Shown: positions 12,935 to 27,352 of the stretch, in pieces
Position numbering within the stretch: the stretch's first letter is position 1
Layout of the letters: every line of letters starts with the position of its first letter
Notes under the pieces: model-generated
Database searches by the model: none
Seen by the model: only the letters and a program-made list of their open reading frames with translations
Told to the model about the DNA's origin: nothing
Program-made: the position numbers and the translations under genes
Origin: Eledone cirrhosa
Taxonomy: Eukaryota
Length of the DNA: 64,000 bases
NCBI GenBank assembly: GCA_964016885.1
Contig: OZ024741.1
Coordinates: 384,462,001-384,526,000, forward strand
Reading direction: 5' to 3'

Positions 12935-13409
12935 TTATACTAATTAGTCATAAAAATTATACCAGATGATTCTGATTATTGGCTTGAAATCTTTTACAAA
13001 ATTAGTATGAGCAACTAAGAGGTCATCAATAGAAATAGAATTACTTTTTGAAGTTTTCATGCACAGCATTTTTGGGGATTTTAAATAAAAGTTAATATCA
13101 TAATTCTTATTTTGTATACCCACATTGCAGATACAGAGAAACATGACAATCCTATATAAAGGTCGTAGACAGCAGTATCAGTTTTTATCCGTAACACCAT
13201 TGAAATGCACAAGTTTCACCAATTCACTATTATGCACTAATCATCTCAAATGCATTCATGATTTACTAGCTTTGTCATTAAGCCAGTTGCCTCAACTAGA
13301 TTGCAATTATACTCAAAAGAACTTTAAAATGTCAATCACTTGTCAGTAATTCACTATGATCATTTAATTATTAGATAGTTGTTGCTTGCATTGCCTTAAA
13401 AAATAGTAG

Positions 13410-14427
13410 ACCAGATAGAAAAATGCGTACAGCAAAAAAAAGTAATATTGTTGGAATATAAACCTTTAAAAATATAGGACAAGAAACTAAAATAAAACTT
13501 TAAAAGAATAGGACAAGAAACTAAGATAAAACTTTAAAGAATTGGACAAGAAATAAAAAAATTTACAATAATATTAGTGGCAAATTTTTTTTATTCGTTT
13601 CCTGTGCTATGCTATCTTCTTGATTAGTGCATAATAATTGTCATGCTCTCATTGTGCGTTGCCCCTGAGCGGTTGGTTCTGGTTGGGGTTGGTTGGCTGA
13701 GCAGTTCTGCTCCGTCAGAATGACCAGTGCAAGAAGAATTGGCCGATGCAGCTGCAGGTCTCCTCCAAGAATGCAATTCTGGTCCCGCAACACCAGACGA
13801 AGATGGAGAAGACTACCGGGACAAGATGTCGACTCTGACCACCGACTGCGGCACCTCCCTCAACCACCGGTCCTCCCTCCCTCTGTCCCGTCATCCCTCC
13901 AGTCCTCCTGCTCCCCCTTCCTGTACCAGAAAGCTGTGGCACGCATTCATCTGGACTGCCGGACTTGAACTCAAGGACAAGATGCAAGGAGAAGATGGAC
14001 GGGTTGGTCAATATCAAGGATGAGCGGGACGACTAGACCTCCGCTGTTGCACAAGATCTGTGCTCATGGACCCATGGGTCCATTCACATTATGCATGACA
14101 CATGAGGTGTGTCGCCGAATTATGAAATAGGGGTATGTTTATGGCCCAATTGGTGTTCAAACCATGATCAAATGATCCCCCCGGTCTGACGACGACCTCT
14201 GAATGTGGAACCCAGAGCCTATGAATGTGGAACTCGATTTTTTACCAATAAAAATTTTGCCACTAATATTATTGTAAATTTTTTTATTTCTTGTCCAATT
14301 CTTTAAAGTTTTATCTTAGTTTCTTGTCCTATTCTTTTAAAGTTTTATTTTAGTTTCTTGTCCTGTATATTTAAAGGTTTATATTCCAATAATATTACTT
14401 TTTTTTGCTGTACGCATTTTTCTATCT

Positions 14428-14430
<3 letters not shown>
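13410..14430. mobile_element. Element bounded by ~185-bp inverted repeats with GC-richer interior
   Basis: 13410-13594 vs 14247-14430 near-perfect inverted; each arm has three GGACAAGAAA sub-repeats; right end abuts (TA)n. Confidence 0.7.
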
Positions 14431-14481
<51 letters not shown>

Positions 14482-14643
14482 GTAATAATAATAAATTTGA
14501 AGACTAAAATCCAATAAGGATACACATATATCAAATATATAAGAACCGTAGAGCAAATATTTATTAAAATATTGTTAGTTTCAGAAGATCCCGTTAAGGG
14601 TGAAAGCAACGATTCTTTGCTTAAACTTTAATCTGTTATTTTA

Positions 14644-14680
<37 letters not shown>

Positions 14681-14683
<3 letters not shown>

Positions 14684-14858
14684 CGAAGGAAATGTGGTAA
14701 GGAACCAGGTGGACCATAACGCACCAAAGTACTCAATACTTGAGGTAGTAGAGTGGGTAATAGGAACCAGTAAGACCCCGACAGCTGAGCTCAAGCCGTT
14801 TCGACGGCTAATTAGCCGTCGAAACGGCTTGAGCTCAGCTGTCGGAGTCTTACTGGTT

Positions 14859-14862
<4 letters not shown>
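14681..14862. mobile_element. Family A half-hammerhead foldback element, copy 1
   Basis: 102-bp palindrome 14761-14862 (one mismatch) containing GTC-GAAACGGC-TTGAGCTCA-GCTGTC, plus an 80-bp tail on the left; (TA)n flanks. Confidence 0.85.
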
Positions 14863-14893
<31 letters not shown>

Positions 14894-14987
14894 GCCTGCC
14901 GCCCAGCCAGTGGGATGGCGTCATCGTATGGCTAAAACAGCACGTGCAGTGACCAGCGGCGCCGAGTGGTCGGTCAAGGTGATCAAG

Positions 14988-15071
<84 letters not shown>

Positions 15072-15251
15072 ATACATTAAGAGAGAAAGCTTTAAGCGAT
15101 ACTCTGACCAACTCTATCTCACTCAATAAACATTAGGATATACCTAAGTATAATCCCAATTAAATGTTTGGGGTGCTAACTATACAGTATATCGTGGAAA
15201 GTTTGTTGTATTATTTTATATGGGACATAATTAAATAAATCTCTCTTTCTT

Positions 15252-15374
15252 TCCATACGATCGCTTCGTTATAAGATTTCTACAATTCGGGATAAATAAT
15301 GTCCAAGTTATGTAGAAACTTGTATATAATCCATAGAAATACACACAAGCGGGCCCCTATAACTCATCAGTGGA
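15252..15374 (-). ncRNA. Hammerhead with ~90-nt branched stem II insertion (GAAA>GAAG)
   Basis: Minus: TCCA-CTGATGA-GTTATA...TATAAC-GAAGCGATCGTA-TGGA; internal hairpins CTTGTGTGTA/TATATACAAG and TTTCTACA/TGTAGAAA. Confidence 0.7.
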
Positions 15375-16149
15375 TGTCCATTCATTATCGATATAAAAAA
15401 TTACATCGATATTAATAATTCGTGATGATCTCCGTCAGTGCTAGAAGGACAGCTAAATTTGAAAAGCCAGTAGTCCTTCAAAAAGAAAATTCAGACTGTC
15501 CCTAAAAGGGAAAGGGGAGGTCATCGTAAAATATAAAATAATATACACACTGGTCATTGAAGCCTGTTAGGTATTTTAACCACGTGCTTAAGAACTCAAT
15601 TGGATATTAAAAAAATAAATATATGTATGTACCATCTATACACACATAGAGATATTAAAAAAATAATAAATATATGTACGTACTATCTATACATACATAT
15701 AGTTATTTTCTCATATATACAATTGTATACTTATACATGCATGTATGTGAATTGGCAGTAACATTAAGCTAGTGTTAAGTATAATAGGGACGTATGTGAA
15801 AGCATATACAATATGTATACACAATAAACATATGAGAACCTCGTTATCATTGAAAAAATACTTTTTCGTTATGAAAAAAAATGTTTCTCTCTTTTGCTCT
15901 GTGAATATGTCACATATATCTCAGTAGCCGTTAAAAATGCCTGGATACTGTCTCAAGATTCGTTAATCTCTCATCAGTAACATTCATTCAACCATTGCTA
16001 AGATGAAATTAGATTTTGTGCGATGAACATTTGCTGGAAATACTCATTTGCATAAAGCAAATAGAAAACATCGGCTGAAAATACTCATTTATATATAGTT
16101 CATACTTGTTTGGCTACAATTAATTGGGTGACGAATATATATATATATA

Positions 16150-16239
<90 letters not shown>

Positions 16240-16472
16240 TTCAAGAGTAACCAATCTTAAAGAGACAGATGGAGATAGGAGAGGAGATAGGTGAGGAGAA
16301 GAGAGATTGGTAAATTAGTTAGAAGCCAAAGCATAAAGGCATGTGCTCAATGTGCAATATGTAGGGGAAGGCGGCTAGATGGCTGGGTTGATGCAGAGGA
16401 TAGATTGACAATCTTTTAATAATGTCTTCCTTGTGAAATTTGTGATCTCGTTTTGCTTAACTAATGAATATA

Positions 16473-16676
16473 TAGGAAAAAGTATGTCCCCGACGGCAGA
16501 GCTCAAGCCGTTTCGACGGCTATTTCTGGACGGCTATTTCGTCCAGAAATAGCCGTCGAAACGGCTTGAGCTCTGCCGTCGGGGACATACTTTTTCCTAT
16601 TACCCACTCTACCACCCTAAGTATTAAGTACTCTGGTGCGTTATGGTCCATCTAGTTCCTTACCACATTTCCTTCG

Positions 16677-16679
<3 letters not shown>
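16473..16679. mobile_element. Family A foldback element, copy 2
   Basis: 60-bp perfect inverted arms 16473-16532 and 16540-16599; full stem II GACGGCTATTTC-GTCCA-GAAATAGCCGTC then GAAACGGC..GCCGTC; tail to 16679. Confidence 0.85.
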
Positions 16680-17367
<688 letters not shown>

Positions 17368-17853
17368 GAAACTGTAAAGGCGTCACGTGCTGCAGCCAAA
17401 TTCTTAGGTATACAACCTTGACTACGTTTCTTTAGATCCCGGATATTTCAGATAGCTGATTAACTAACGTTAAAGTGTCAAAATACTACATAAGTGATGA
17501 AAAAAGAACTAGAAGCATATGAGAGTTAGCTTCATAAAATTAATTATGATAAGTGCATATGATTTCCAAGGGACTTTAGTGGGGTTTTTTGTTTTTGTTT
17601 TTTTTGTTTTTGTTTTTTTTTGCTTCCTTCCAGAAAGATGAACGGAGTCACTTGTGTAAATATTGTTGATGTTGTTTCTTTTCATCTTCCGATAGCAGAA
17701 TGCTTTGCAACTAACATATGCAACTGTGTGTGTGTGCGGGTGTGGGTGCATGTGTGTGTGTGCATGTGTGTGTGGGTGGGGGGTACATGTGTGCATGTGT
17801 ATGTGCATGTGTGTGTGTGCATGTGTGTGTGTGTGTGCATGTGTGTGTGCGTG

Positions 17854-17938
<85 letters not shown>

Positions 17939-18364
17939 ATGTGTGTGTGTGCATGTGTATGCATATGGATTTGTTGTAACGTAATTCTCAGTAGGCATAC
18001 GTGTAATGTTGCTTGCGTATATATCTGTTGATCTCTGATGTGTTTATATACACGTATGTATGTGTAGTTGGGGAAACAGACAGAAATGTTCAGTTTTACA
18101 CTCATACGTATATACATGTGTGCGTGTCTGTATGTTTGTTTGTGTGTATGTACATATATACGTGTGTGTGTGTATGTGCGAGCCTATAATATATATAGAG
18201 TGAGAGTGAGAGAAAGAGAGAGTGAGAGAGAGAATATGCGATGCGAAGACCGAGGAGACCACTAATCATGGGAGAACTCGATTCATAGAGATACAGAGTC
18301 GATATAGAGATGTGTAAAATCCCGACCGCGGCGGCAAGCGGTTTCGGTATTTTACCTGTCTACA

Positions 18365-18440
<76 letters not shown>

Positions 18441-18445
<5 letters not shown>

Positions 18446-18625
18446 AAGAAGGTGTGGTAAGGTACCAGGTGGACCATAACGCACCAGAGTACTCGATACT
18501 TAGGGTAGTAGAGTAGCTAATAGGAAAAGATTCAGGACCCCGGCGGCTGAGCTCCGGCCGTTTCGACAGCTAGATCCGAACGAAACCTGCGGAGCTCAGC
18601 CGTCGGGGTCCTGACTCTTTTCCTA
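18441..18625. mobile_element. Family A foldback element, copy 3 (diverged)
   Basis: Same tail (GTGTGGTAAGG..GGTGGACCATAACGCACCAGAGTACTC) and imperfect palindrome 18521-18625. Confidence 0.8.
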
Positions 18626-18684
18626 GTTATATATATATATGCAATGATATTAATAAATGGAAACTATATTTATAAAACCATATT

Positions 18685-18745
18685 TATTCTATTATATATA
18701 TTTCAAAGGTACCAAAACTTTGGTACGCTCTCATCAGATAAAATA
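18685..18745 (-). ncRNA. Type I hammerhead ribozyme
   Basis: Minus: TATTTTAT-CTGATGA-GAGCGTACCAAAG-TTTTGGTACCTTT-GAAATATATATA-ATAGAATA, then AATAAA; same stem I as 4090-4160. Confidence 0.8.
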
Positions 18746-18980
18746 CAAAGTTTGTTTTATAAATATTGACATATCCAGGAATGAGATCTTAACGGTTCAA
18801 GTTTTTCCTGGATAGTAAAATATTTCAAATTATTAAGATGAATATGCAAATGAGGTTAAGGTTAAGGCTGAAAAAAAAAAAATATATATATATATGTAAA
18901 TGGTAAACAGAAATAACATAATCGGTACAGTATATGGAAGGAATATATTAGGTTAACGCTTGAAATAGCAGGAAGAGAGT

Positions 18981-19014
18981 CTTAACGTTTCGGACGCTGG
19001 TCCTTTATCAGAAG
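18981..19014 (-). ncRNA. Degenerate minimal hammerhead
   Basis: Minus: CTT-CTGATAA-AGGAC-CAGC-GTCC-GAAACGTTAAG; one core substitution (G>A). Confidence 0.6.
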
Positions 19015-19099
19015 AAAGAATGAGAAATAAGATAGATTTAAAGGACGGGCGGGTTGGAATTGGAAAACAATGCCTTTAGATAAAAATAACAGGTCCATT

Positions 19100-19608
19100 C
19101 ATGTTGACATCTCTTGGAAAAGTTCAAAAGGACAAACAAACGAACGCAGGAGTCAGTGGTACATAGTGTTATTAGCTTGGCGCTTGGTGAGAGTGGGGAA
19201 GGTTACGACGTTTCGGACATAAGTCCTTCATCAGGAAAGTTGGGAGAAACTTCGAGAGGGAGTGAGGAGGGGAGTTAACAGGAAGAACATGACAGGACGG
19301 GAAAAATAGAAATAGAAATAAAAATAAACATGAAAATCAAAATAAATAAAAACAAAATTGTGGGAGGTGTGTACGGGTCCGGGATGACAAGGGTGTGGAA
19401 GTATGTAACGGGTGGGTGGTGGGGAGATGGGAGAGGGAGGGGTGGGGGAAATCAAGAAAATTAGAGTCCGAGCGGGGATGGCGGAAGGCTAGGTGTGTGT
19501 GTATATATGTGTGTGTGGAGGGGGCGGAGATAGCAGCGGGCTCGGGAGCAGGGAAGGGATCCGGGGTAGGTAAGGGGGTTGAGGAATAAGGCGCTGCGGA
19601 CGATGAGG

Positions 19609-19610
<2 letters not shown>
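19100..19610 (-). mobile_element. Internally deleted PLE remnant (linker peptide + pLTR hammerhead)
   Basis: Minus translation NLIVRSAL...PGSLPCSRARCYLRP...SPLGL* resembles the PLE linker and GLN end; C-rich 3' region; hammerhead at 19206-19235. Left boundary approximate. Confidence 0.65.
19206..19235 (-). ncRNA. Minimal hammerhead ribozyme
   Basis: Minus: C-CTGATGA-AGGAC-TTAT-GTCC-GAAACGTCG; same type as 2408-2438. Confidence 0.8.
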
Positions 19611-19676
<66 letters not shown>

Positions 19677-19858
19677 ATGTATATATATATATGTATGTAT
19701 GTAAATTTTGAGTATATGTTGGTTGTATACCAACACCTCAGTATGCAGATTGGAGCACTCGACGAAGTACGCAGGTTGGTTTGGTTACTCCGGAGTAATG
19801 TAAAATAAAATAAAATAAAATAAATAAGTCAAATGTTTAAAATTTGGCTTCGTTTATT

Positions 19859-19913
19859 ACTGCTATATATATTTCGGTGACAGCCATCTTTGGTTGTGAC
19901 CTCTTCAGGCAGT
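19859..19913 (-). ncRNA. Type I hammerhead ribozyme
   Basis: Minus: ACTGC-CTGAAGA-GGTCACAACCA..TGGCTGTCACC-GAAATATATATA-GCAGT-AATAAA. Confidence 0.85.
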
Positions 19914-20754
19914 CCGAATTAGTGTGGTAGAGACGAGTACACATGTTGTTGAGGTGTATAACTTTGTCAATACTCTGATATGCCCAGTTCCTGGTTGGGT
20001 TGTTATTTCACTGAGGAACTGGAATCATATGAATTTAAACAAACGAATTTCAGCGTCAAAGGGCCTCTTCTCCTCTCATTGGTCAGTTGTTAGAACATTC
20101 CTCAGTCAAAAGTCTATAGAAATTCGTTCTGAGGCAAGCCAATCTGTAGTTGTTGTTCTTGTTATTGTTAGGTACATCTGACCTCTATCCTTATGTTGGT
20201 AGTGGTGTTGTTGTTGGATCAGCTCAAAAAAATGATAAAGTGGTAGAAGGAATAAGATGGTAAAGGAACAAAATAAAATAAAATAAAATAAAATAATTGA
20301 ATAAAATGTGTGTGTATGTTATACCCATCTCAATGTTATAAAGATTTGTAAGGGCACTCTTCCCATTGGTCAGTTTTGAGAGCATTCCTCAGTCCAAAGT
20401 CTATAGAAATTCTTTCTGGGGTGAGGCTCCCGGTAGTGTTTGTGTTTGCTATTGTTAAGTACATCTGACCTCTACCCTTATTTTGGGAGTGTTGTTGGTG
20501 TTGTGGTCAGCTCATGTCTTGCTGCTGCTGACAATTTAGAAGTATCTGTGTGTGTGTTTCTTCATCCCTCCTGCCATGTATATGAAGAAATAGAAGGCAA
20601 TAAAATGAAGAAAACAGAAAATAAATAATAAATAGAGAATAAATGAAAAATTAATGAAAAAGTAATGAAAAATGAAAATGTAAACTGAAAAATGAAAATG
20701 AAAAGTGAAAAATAAAAATGAAGATTCAAATAAAAGTATGTATGTATATATATT

Positions 20755-20831
<77 letters not shown>

Positions 20832-20836
<5 letters not shown>

Positions 20837-21736
20837 TTGTAATAAAATGAAAAGGAAATTTCATTTCTCACTCTTAGTACGGCACTTACTTAAATGTAAG
20901 TATGTATGTATACGTACATACATATATGTATACAGACGTACAGTAGCATGCATATATATATATATATATATACACATATATACATACAGGTCCACATACA
21001 TATATGTACGTATCAGTTTAGCGGACGCTTATTATGACGGCCGCTTTGTCGTTTGTAAACAAACTGACACCACTGACGTGGTTGCCTTAACACCGTACGG
21101 CATAAATTCAGGCTGTCAGTTTATTTACAAACGACAAAGCGGGCGTTATAATAAGCGTCCGCTAAACTGATACGTACATATATGTATGTGTACCTGTATG
21201 TATATATGTGTATATATATATATATATATGCATGCTACTGTACGTTTGTATACATATATGCATGTACGTATACATACATACTTACATTTAAGTAAGTGCA
21301 GTACTAAGAGTGAGAAATGAAATTTCGTTTTCATTTTATTACAACTTATCGTTTTCGGTGCGCCTGGCCGACTGAACTTACTCGATATGTAAATTAGGCT
21401 GCTCAGCCGTTAATTTTCATAAGAAAAGTATATACTTTCGAACGTTCAACCATCTGGCAGAAGGGTATACGGTGCTGATGATAGCTAACAAGCTTGAAAC
21501 TAGTACATCGTTCCTGTGTCAGTGTTGAACAAAAAGGTGACGTGGTTGCCTTAACACCGTACGGCATAAATTCAGGCTGTCAGTTTGTTTACAAACGACA
21601 AAGCGGGCGTTATAATAAGCGTCCGCTAAACTGATACGTACATATATGTGTACCTGTATGTATATATGTGTATATATATATATGCATGCTACTGTACGTC
21701 TGTATACATATATGTATGTACGTATACATAAATACT

Positions 21737-21740
<4 letters not shown>
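20832..21740 (+). mobile_element. Hammerhead element family B, copy 2 (inverted part + partial tandem pLTR)
   Basis: 20832-21065 is inverted relative to ~21120-21349; ~21075-21287 is directly repeated at ~21538-21740; intact hammerhead at 21469-21511; (TA)n flanks. Confidence 0.85.
21469..21511 (+). ncRNA. Intact minimal type I hammerhead ribozyme
   Basis: ACGGTG-CTGATGA-TAGCT-AACA-AGCTT-GAAACTAGTA-CATCGT; palindromic ACTAGT stem III, GUA triplet. Confidence 0.88.
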
Positions 21741-21780
<40 letters not shown>

Positions 21781-22090
21781 TGCATGTATGTATGTATGTA
21801 TGTAGGTATGTATGTATGTATATATATATACGCCAAAAAGTTTTCAATGAAATAGATTGTTTACAAACTCTATATTTTCAAGTCTTTCATATCTCAGTAA
21901 CTTGGAGTAAGTAAGCAACTGATGATGAATAATAATTCTGAAATACATGTATACAGAGCTCTTACTCCTGAACTGAGATCGATGTAATATGATCACAGTG
22001 CGACTATATACATGTTTATTAAGCATAAACATATTGTATATGGATGCATATAAGCTTCTATTCTGAACGTACGCTGTATTAGTGCTATCG

Positions 22091-22166
<76 letters not shown>

Positions 22167-22212
22167 TATACTCTCTTTCACTGTCTCTCTCCCTCCTCCC
22201 TCTGTCTCACAT

Positions 22213-22370
<158 letters not shown>

Positions 22371-22397
22371 TGTACTCAATACATATATATATGTACG

Positions 22398-22437
<40 letters not shown>

Positions 22438-22496
22438 CAATGCTCTGATACCATCAACACTATAAACACAGAGCTGGCATATCTAAGAACTGACTA

Positions 22497-22552
22497 ACTG
22501 TCTGATGAGGTCATAGCCATTCAATGGTTATCATCGAAATATATATAGCAGT
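22497..22552 (+). ncRNA. Type I hammerhead ribozyme
   Basis: ACTGT-CTGATGA-GGTCATAGCCATT..AATGGTTATCATC-GAAATATATATA-GCAGT-AAATAAA; relative of 19859-19913 with a different but still pairing stem II. Confidence 0.85.
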
Positions 22553-22616
22553 AAATAAAGGATTATGAGTTCATGCAATTGACTTATGTTTCGTCATATA
22601 TATATATATATATATA

Positions 22617-23215
<599 letters not shown>

Positions 23216-24174
23216 TACACCTATTAAATATATTACCTCCAGATTCATATGTATTCTAAATATTAGTGTACTTTATTGTTTTAGTATTTAATAAAAAGGT
23301 GTCTGTGATATTGCATCTATAAGATAAAGGTGGGAGTATGGAGACACAGATAAAGACAATGGATAATGTTTTTTTATTATTATTAGATATATTTGTTGAC
23401 TTAACAATAGATATACAGAGAACTATAGAACTACATAAAATTAAGGTGAATTCGATTACTATAAGTTATTTCTTAAGAATATTACGTATTCACTTGTATC
23501 CGGTTTGTACTTCTATTACCAAACAGACTAAGAGAAATTTTTCATTGAGAAATACGTCTTAAAGGGCCTATTGGATTTAATAATATAATATACATGTATA
23601 TTATATAATGTGTATGTATGGTCACGTAACTCCTGTTAGAGTCGTAGGGGCGCCGTATTGATGTATGGCGTTTCTTGAGTATTTTAAGCCTGTAGGATCC
23701 CATCCCTCTTCATGTGTTTATTCCCAATGATAACCATTAATCAACTGAACATCTTATTTTTGTTGCTGTTTGTTTCTGTTTTGTTTCCTTTTGTTTGATT
23801 TTTATATAAGCAATATGTATTTTAAAGTAAGTTTGAACGCGGGAATTGCTGAAGGATAAAAAGTATCTTGAATTCAGTAATTACTGAAGGACAGAATCGC
23901 TTCTTGGCTTAGATCAAAGGGAAGTATCTGAAGGGAAAACAGTAAAAGCGAAAATCAATCAGGATTCCAAGTGATATTTCCTAATCAACAGCTAAGGATG
24001 CTAATTATTCAACCATTTGTCCTTGAGTCATTTGCTTTCAAAAACAGCTTAGTCGTTATGCCTTTCCTTATTTACACCAGGTTTTGATAAATCAGTTTTA
24101 TAAACTTGAATCTGAAGGTTTTATTGCTACTGATACTCCACTTCAACATTCCCAGTCTATCTTGCGGTTATTAT

Positions 24175-24393
24175 TGGATTGGCTGTATCGGTAGAGCATC
24201 GGACACCATGCTTCGCAGCATAGAGTTACGTCCCTTTACGCTCTGAGTTAAAATCCCACCGTGATTAGCTTTGCCTTTCATCCTAACGGGGTCGACAAAA
24301 TGAAGTACCAGTAATGCACTGGGGCCGATTTAATTAATTGTCCGCTCGATCAAAATTGCTGGCCTTGTGCCTATAGTAGAATTAATTATTATT
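24175..24393 (+). mobile_element. tRNA-derived SINE (same family as 5067-5260)
   Basis: Colinear similarity to 5067-5260, including CTTTGCCTTTCATCC..CGGGGTCGA.AAAATGAAGTACCAG and (ATT)n tail. Confidence 0.75.
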
Positions 24394-24850
24394 AGTTCTC
24401 AAAACATCTATGGAATCAATCATTTCCAACACAGTTGACCTTGTTCTATATATATATATTATGTGTGTGTATGTGTGTGTGGGTGTGGTGGATGCGGGGG
24501 TGGATGTGTGAAAAGCTAGGTGGAGTACTGTTTCATGGTGGATATGGATCACATTCACAATTGATGACGCCACCTGAAAAAATAAAGTATTTTGTTGCAT
24601 GAAAAAAATTCCCCCAACTAATATCTACTCGAGTAAAATTACTTCTATGTGTGTATCTGTCTGTGTGTGTGTGTGTGCGCGTCTGTGTGTGTGTGCGCGT
24701 GTGTGTGTGCGCGTGTGTGTATGTGTGCGTGTGTGTGTGTCGTGTCTGTGTGTGTGTGTGTATGTGCGTGTGTGTGCGTGTGTGTGTTCGTGCGTGTGTA
24801 TGTGTGCGTGTGTGTGTGTGCGTGCGTGTGTGCGTGCGTGTGTGTGTGTG

Positions 24851-24931
<81 letters not shown>

Positions 24932-25645
24932 GTGTGTATCAGTGTCGGTGAGTTTATGTGTGCGTACTTGGAGCGTTAGCGGGAAAGAGAGATGAGAGAG
25001 AAAGAGAGAGGGGGAGGAGATCTATGTGTATCTATTCAGTACGTTAAAATAGGAGTCATGCTTGAAAAGAGTGAATGTTTCTTGTGACCTCAAAGTATTG
25101 AAGTATCACCCAGGTGAGCGGAAAACGAGAATAGACGAGGAGGTATTAAGCCCACAAGATTAGACATCTATTTACTATATCCTTTATTACAGGCAGTATT
25201 TCTGTTTGTGGCTTTCTGATCGAAATTTGAGATATTCCACTGTGGGCAATCTTTGAAAATTCTCACCTAAACCGAGGAGTAGGAAAACATCTCGGTTTTA
25301 AAAGGCAATAAACACCAGTATATATAGACATATACACATATACACGTAGATACATTTTCTCTATTATTAGGAAGTTAAATATCTATTTTGGTGAACAATA
25401 GCTGGAGTAAATTCTATGACACACGAAGAAAACATCAATACACTTTGTGGAAAACTTTTAACTGAAAAGAGATGCAGTTTAGGAAACAGTAATAAATATT
25501 GTTGTAAGAGGTAAAATCACGAAATGGATAAGGTGGTTAACTGCTGACAGATTCATCGTGAATTCAATTCCGCTCAGGATTTTTCTGAGCAAAACAATTT
25601 ATTTTAAAACTATTTCAGATTATTAGCTGAGACGAGGTTTTATTG

Positions 25646-25915
25646 GAGGCGCGTGACTTACTGAAAAATGTGTTGAACTTACGATCATAACGTCATAGGT
25701 TCAATTCCTGGACTGGGTTGTGTTCTTAAGCAAAACACTTCATTTCATGTTGCTTTAGTATATTCAGCTGAAAACGAGTATCAGCAGTAGCTAGGAAATT
25801 AAACCTGTGATTGACTAGCGTCCTGTCCAGGGGGAAGTCATGTACTCTCAGTCGCTTCACACTACGGGGACCGGGATAAGAACGTGCCTGATGAGCACCC
25901 GGGCTCAAGACAGTT
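25646..25915 (+). mobile_element. tRNA-derived SINE with Nin/Deu-like 3' domain
   Basis: Head GGAGGCGCGTG..GGTTCAATTCC, core TTGTGTTCTTAAGCAAAACACTT, 3' GACTAGCGTCCTGTCCAGGGGG..GTCGCTTCA..ACCGGGATAAG; domain assignment is from recall. Confidence 0.6.
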
Positions 25916-26382
25916 TTGTTGTTTTTTTAGTACGTCACCTTGCTTCTGAATAGCATCTTAAGGCATGTAATGATTTATCGTTCATTCCCGAAATTGAAAG
26001 AATTCTTTAATTGAAAGACAGAAGAAATATTGGCTGGTTTCAATCATACAGAAGTAATAAAGCTATAGTGTTGATAGATTAAATCCGTCTACTGTCATGA
26101 GATTCCTCTTTAAGGAATAGAAAAACATCGAATAAAGCTAGCCGAGTTAGTTCATATATTTGACACTGCAAATATTTCTTCCGTTGAAGAGTATTGATAA
26201 TTCCAATTTAAACATTATTAAAGATATTTTACATAATATCTTAAGGCATGAAGTACTGTACTGTCAGTCAAGGCCAAAATTAGTGTCTACTAGAATTTAA
26301 CTTCCTAGCACTACATTCTCCTCTATAAAGAGTGGTTACACACAAAATCTAAATATATTCATGTGTTTATGTGTGTGCGTAT

Positions 26383-26488
<106 letters not shown>

Positions 26489-26687
26489 GTGTGTCTGTGT
26501 GTGAATGTATGTATATATATATATATGTGTGTGTGTGCGTTCACGTGTGCGTATGTACACATGTGTGTGTGTGCGTTCACATGTGCGTATGTACACATGT
26601 GTGTATGTAATATATATGCCGGCGAAACAATTGTAACACGCAATAAATTGAGTCCAGATGCATCACTGATTTTTCGTTTTCTTTATA

Positions 26688-26804
<117 letters not shown>

Positions 26805-27352
26805 TATAAAAACACACATATTCATATATATATATATATGTGTGTGTATATATATATACACAGACACATTAATGGAATGTCAGTAAAACGTAATTTAAGT
26901 GTATAATGTGTGCGTACGTGTGTGGTGCAAACACGCGTGTATATATTCTTACATATACATATACATTTGTATTTGAATCAATCTATATAGATACACGCAC
27001 ATATACACATGTACAAATACATAAGCATATATGTATGTATGTGTGTATGTATATATGTATGTATCTATCTATCTATCTATATGTATGTATGTATGTATAT
27101 ATCTATCTATATGTATGTATGTACGTATGTATGTATGAATGTATGTATGAATGTACGTATGTACGTATCTATCTATCTATCTATATGTATGTATGTACGT
27201 ATGCATGTATGAATGTATGTATGTATGTATCTATCTATCTATCTATATGTATGGATGTAGGTATGTATGAATGTATGTATGTATGTATCTATATGTATGT
27301 ATGTATGTACGTATGCATGTATGTATTAATGTATGTATGTATCTATCTTATG

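Noticed and set aside
14891-14992. GC-rich island between TA tracts, possibly a LINE 3' end
   Set aside because: Too short to classify without a database search.
15903-15985. Minus-strand CTGATGA-GAGATT..AATCTT-GAGACAGTA candidate
   Set aside because: Good stem II but GAAA is mutated and there is no NUH in register with stem I; not counted.
25886-25910. CTGATGA as a hammerhead core
   Set aside because: No downstream GAAA or stems; part of the SINE 3' domain.
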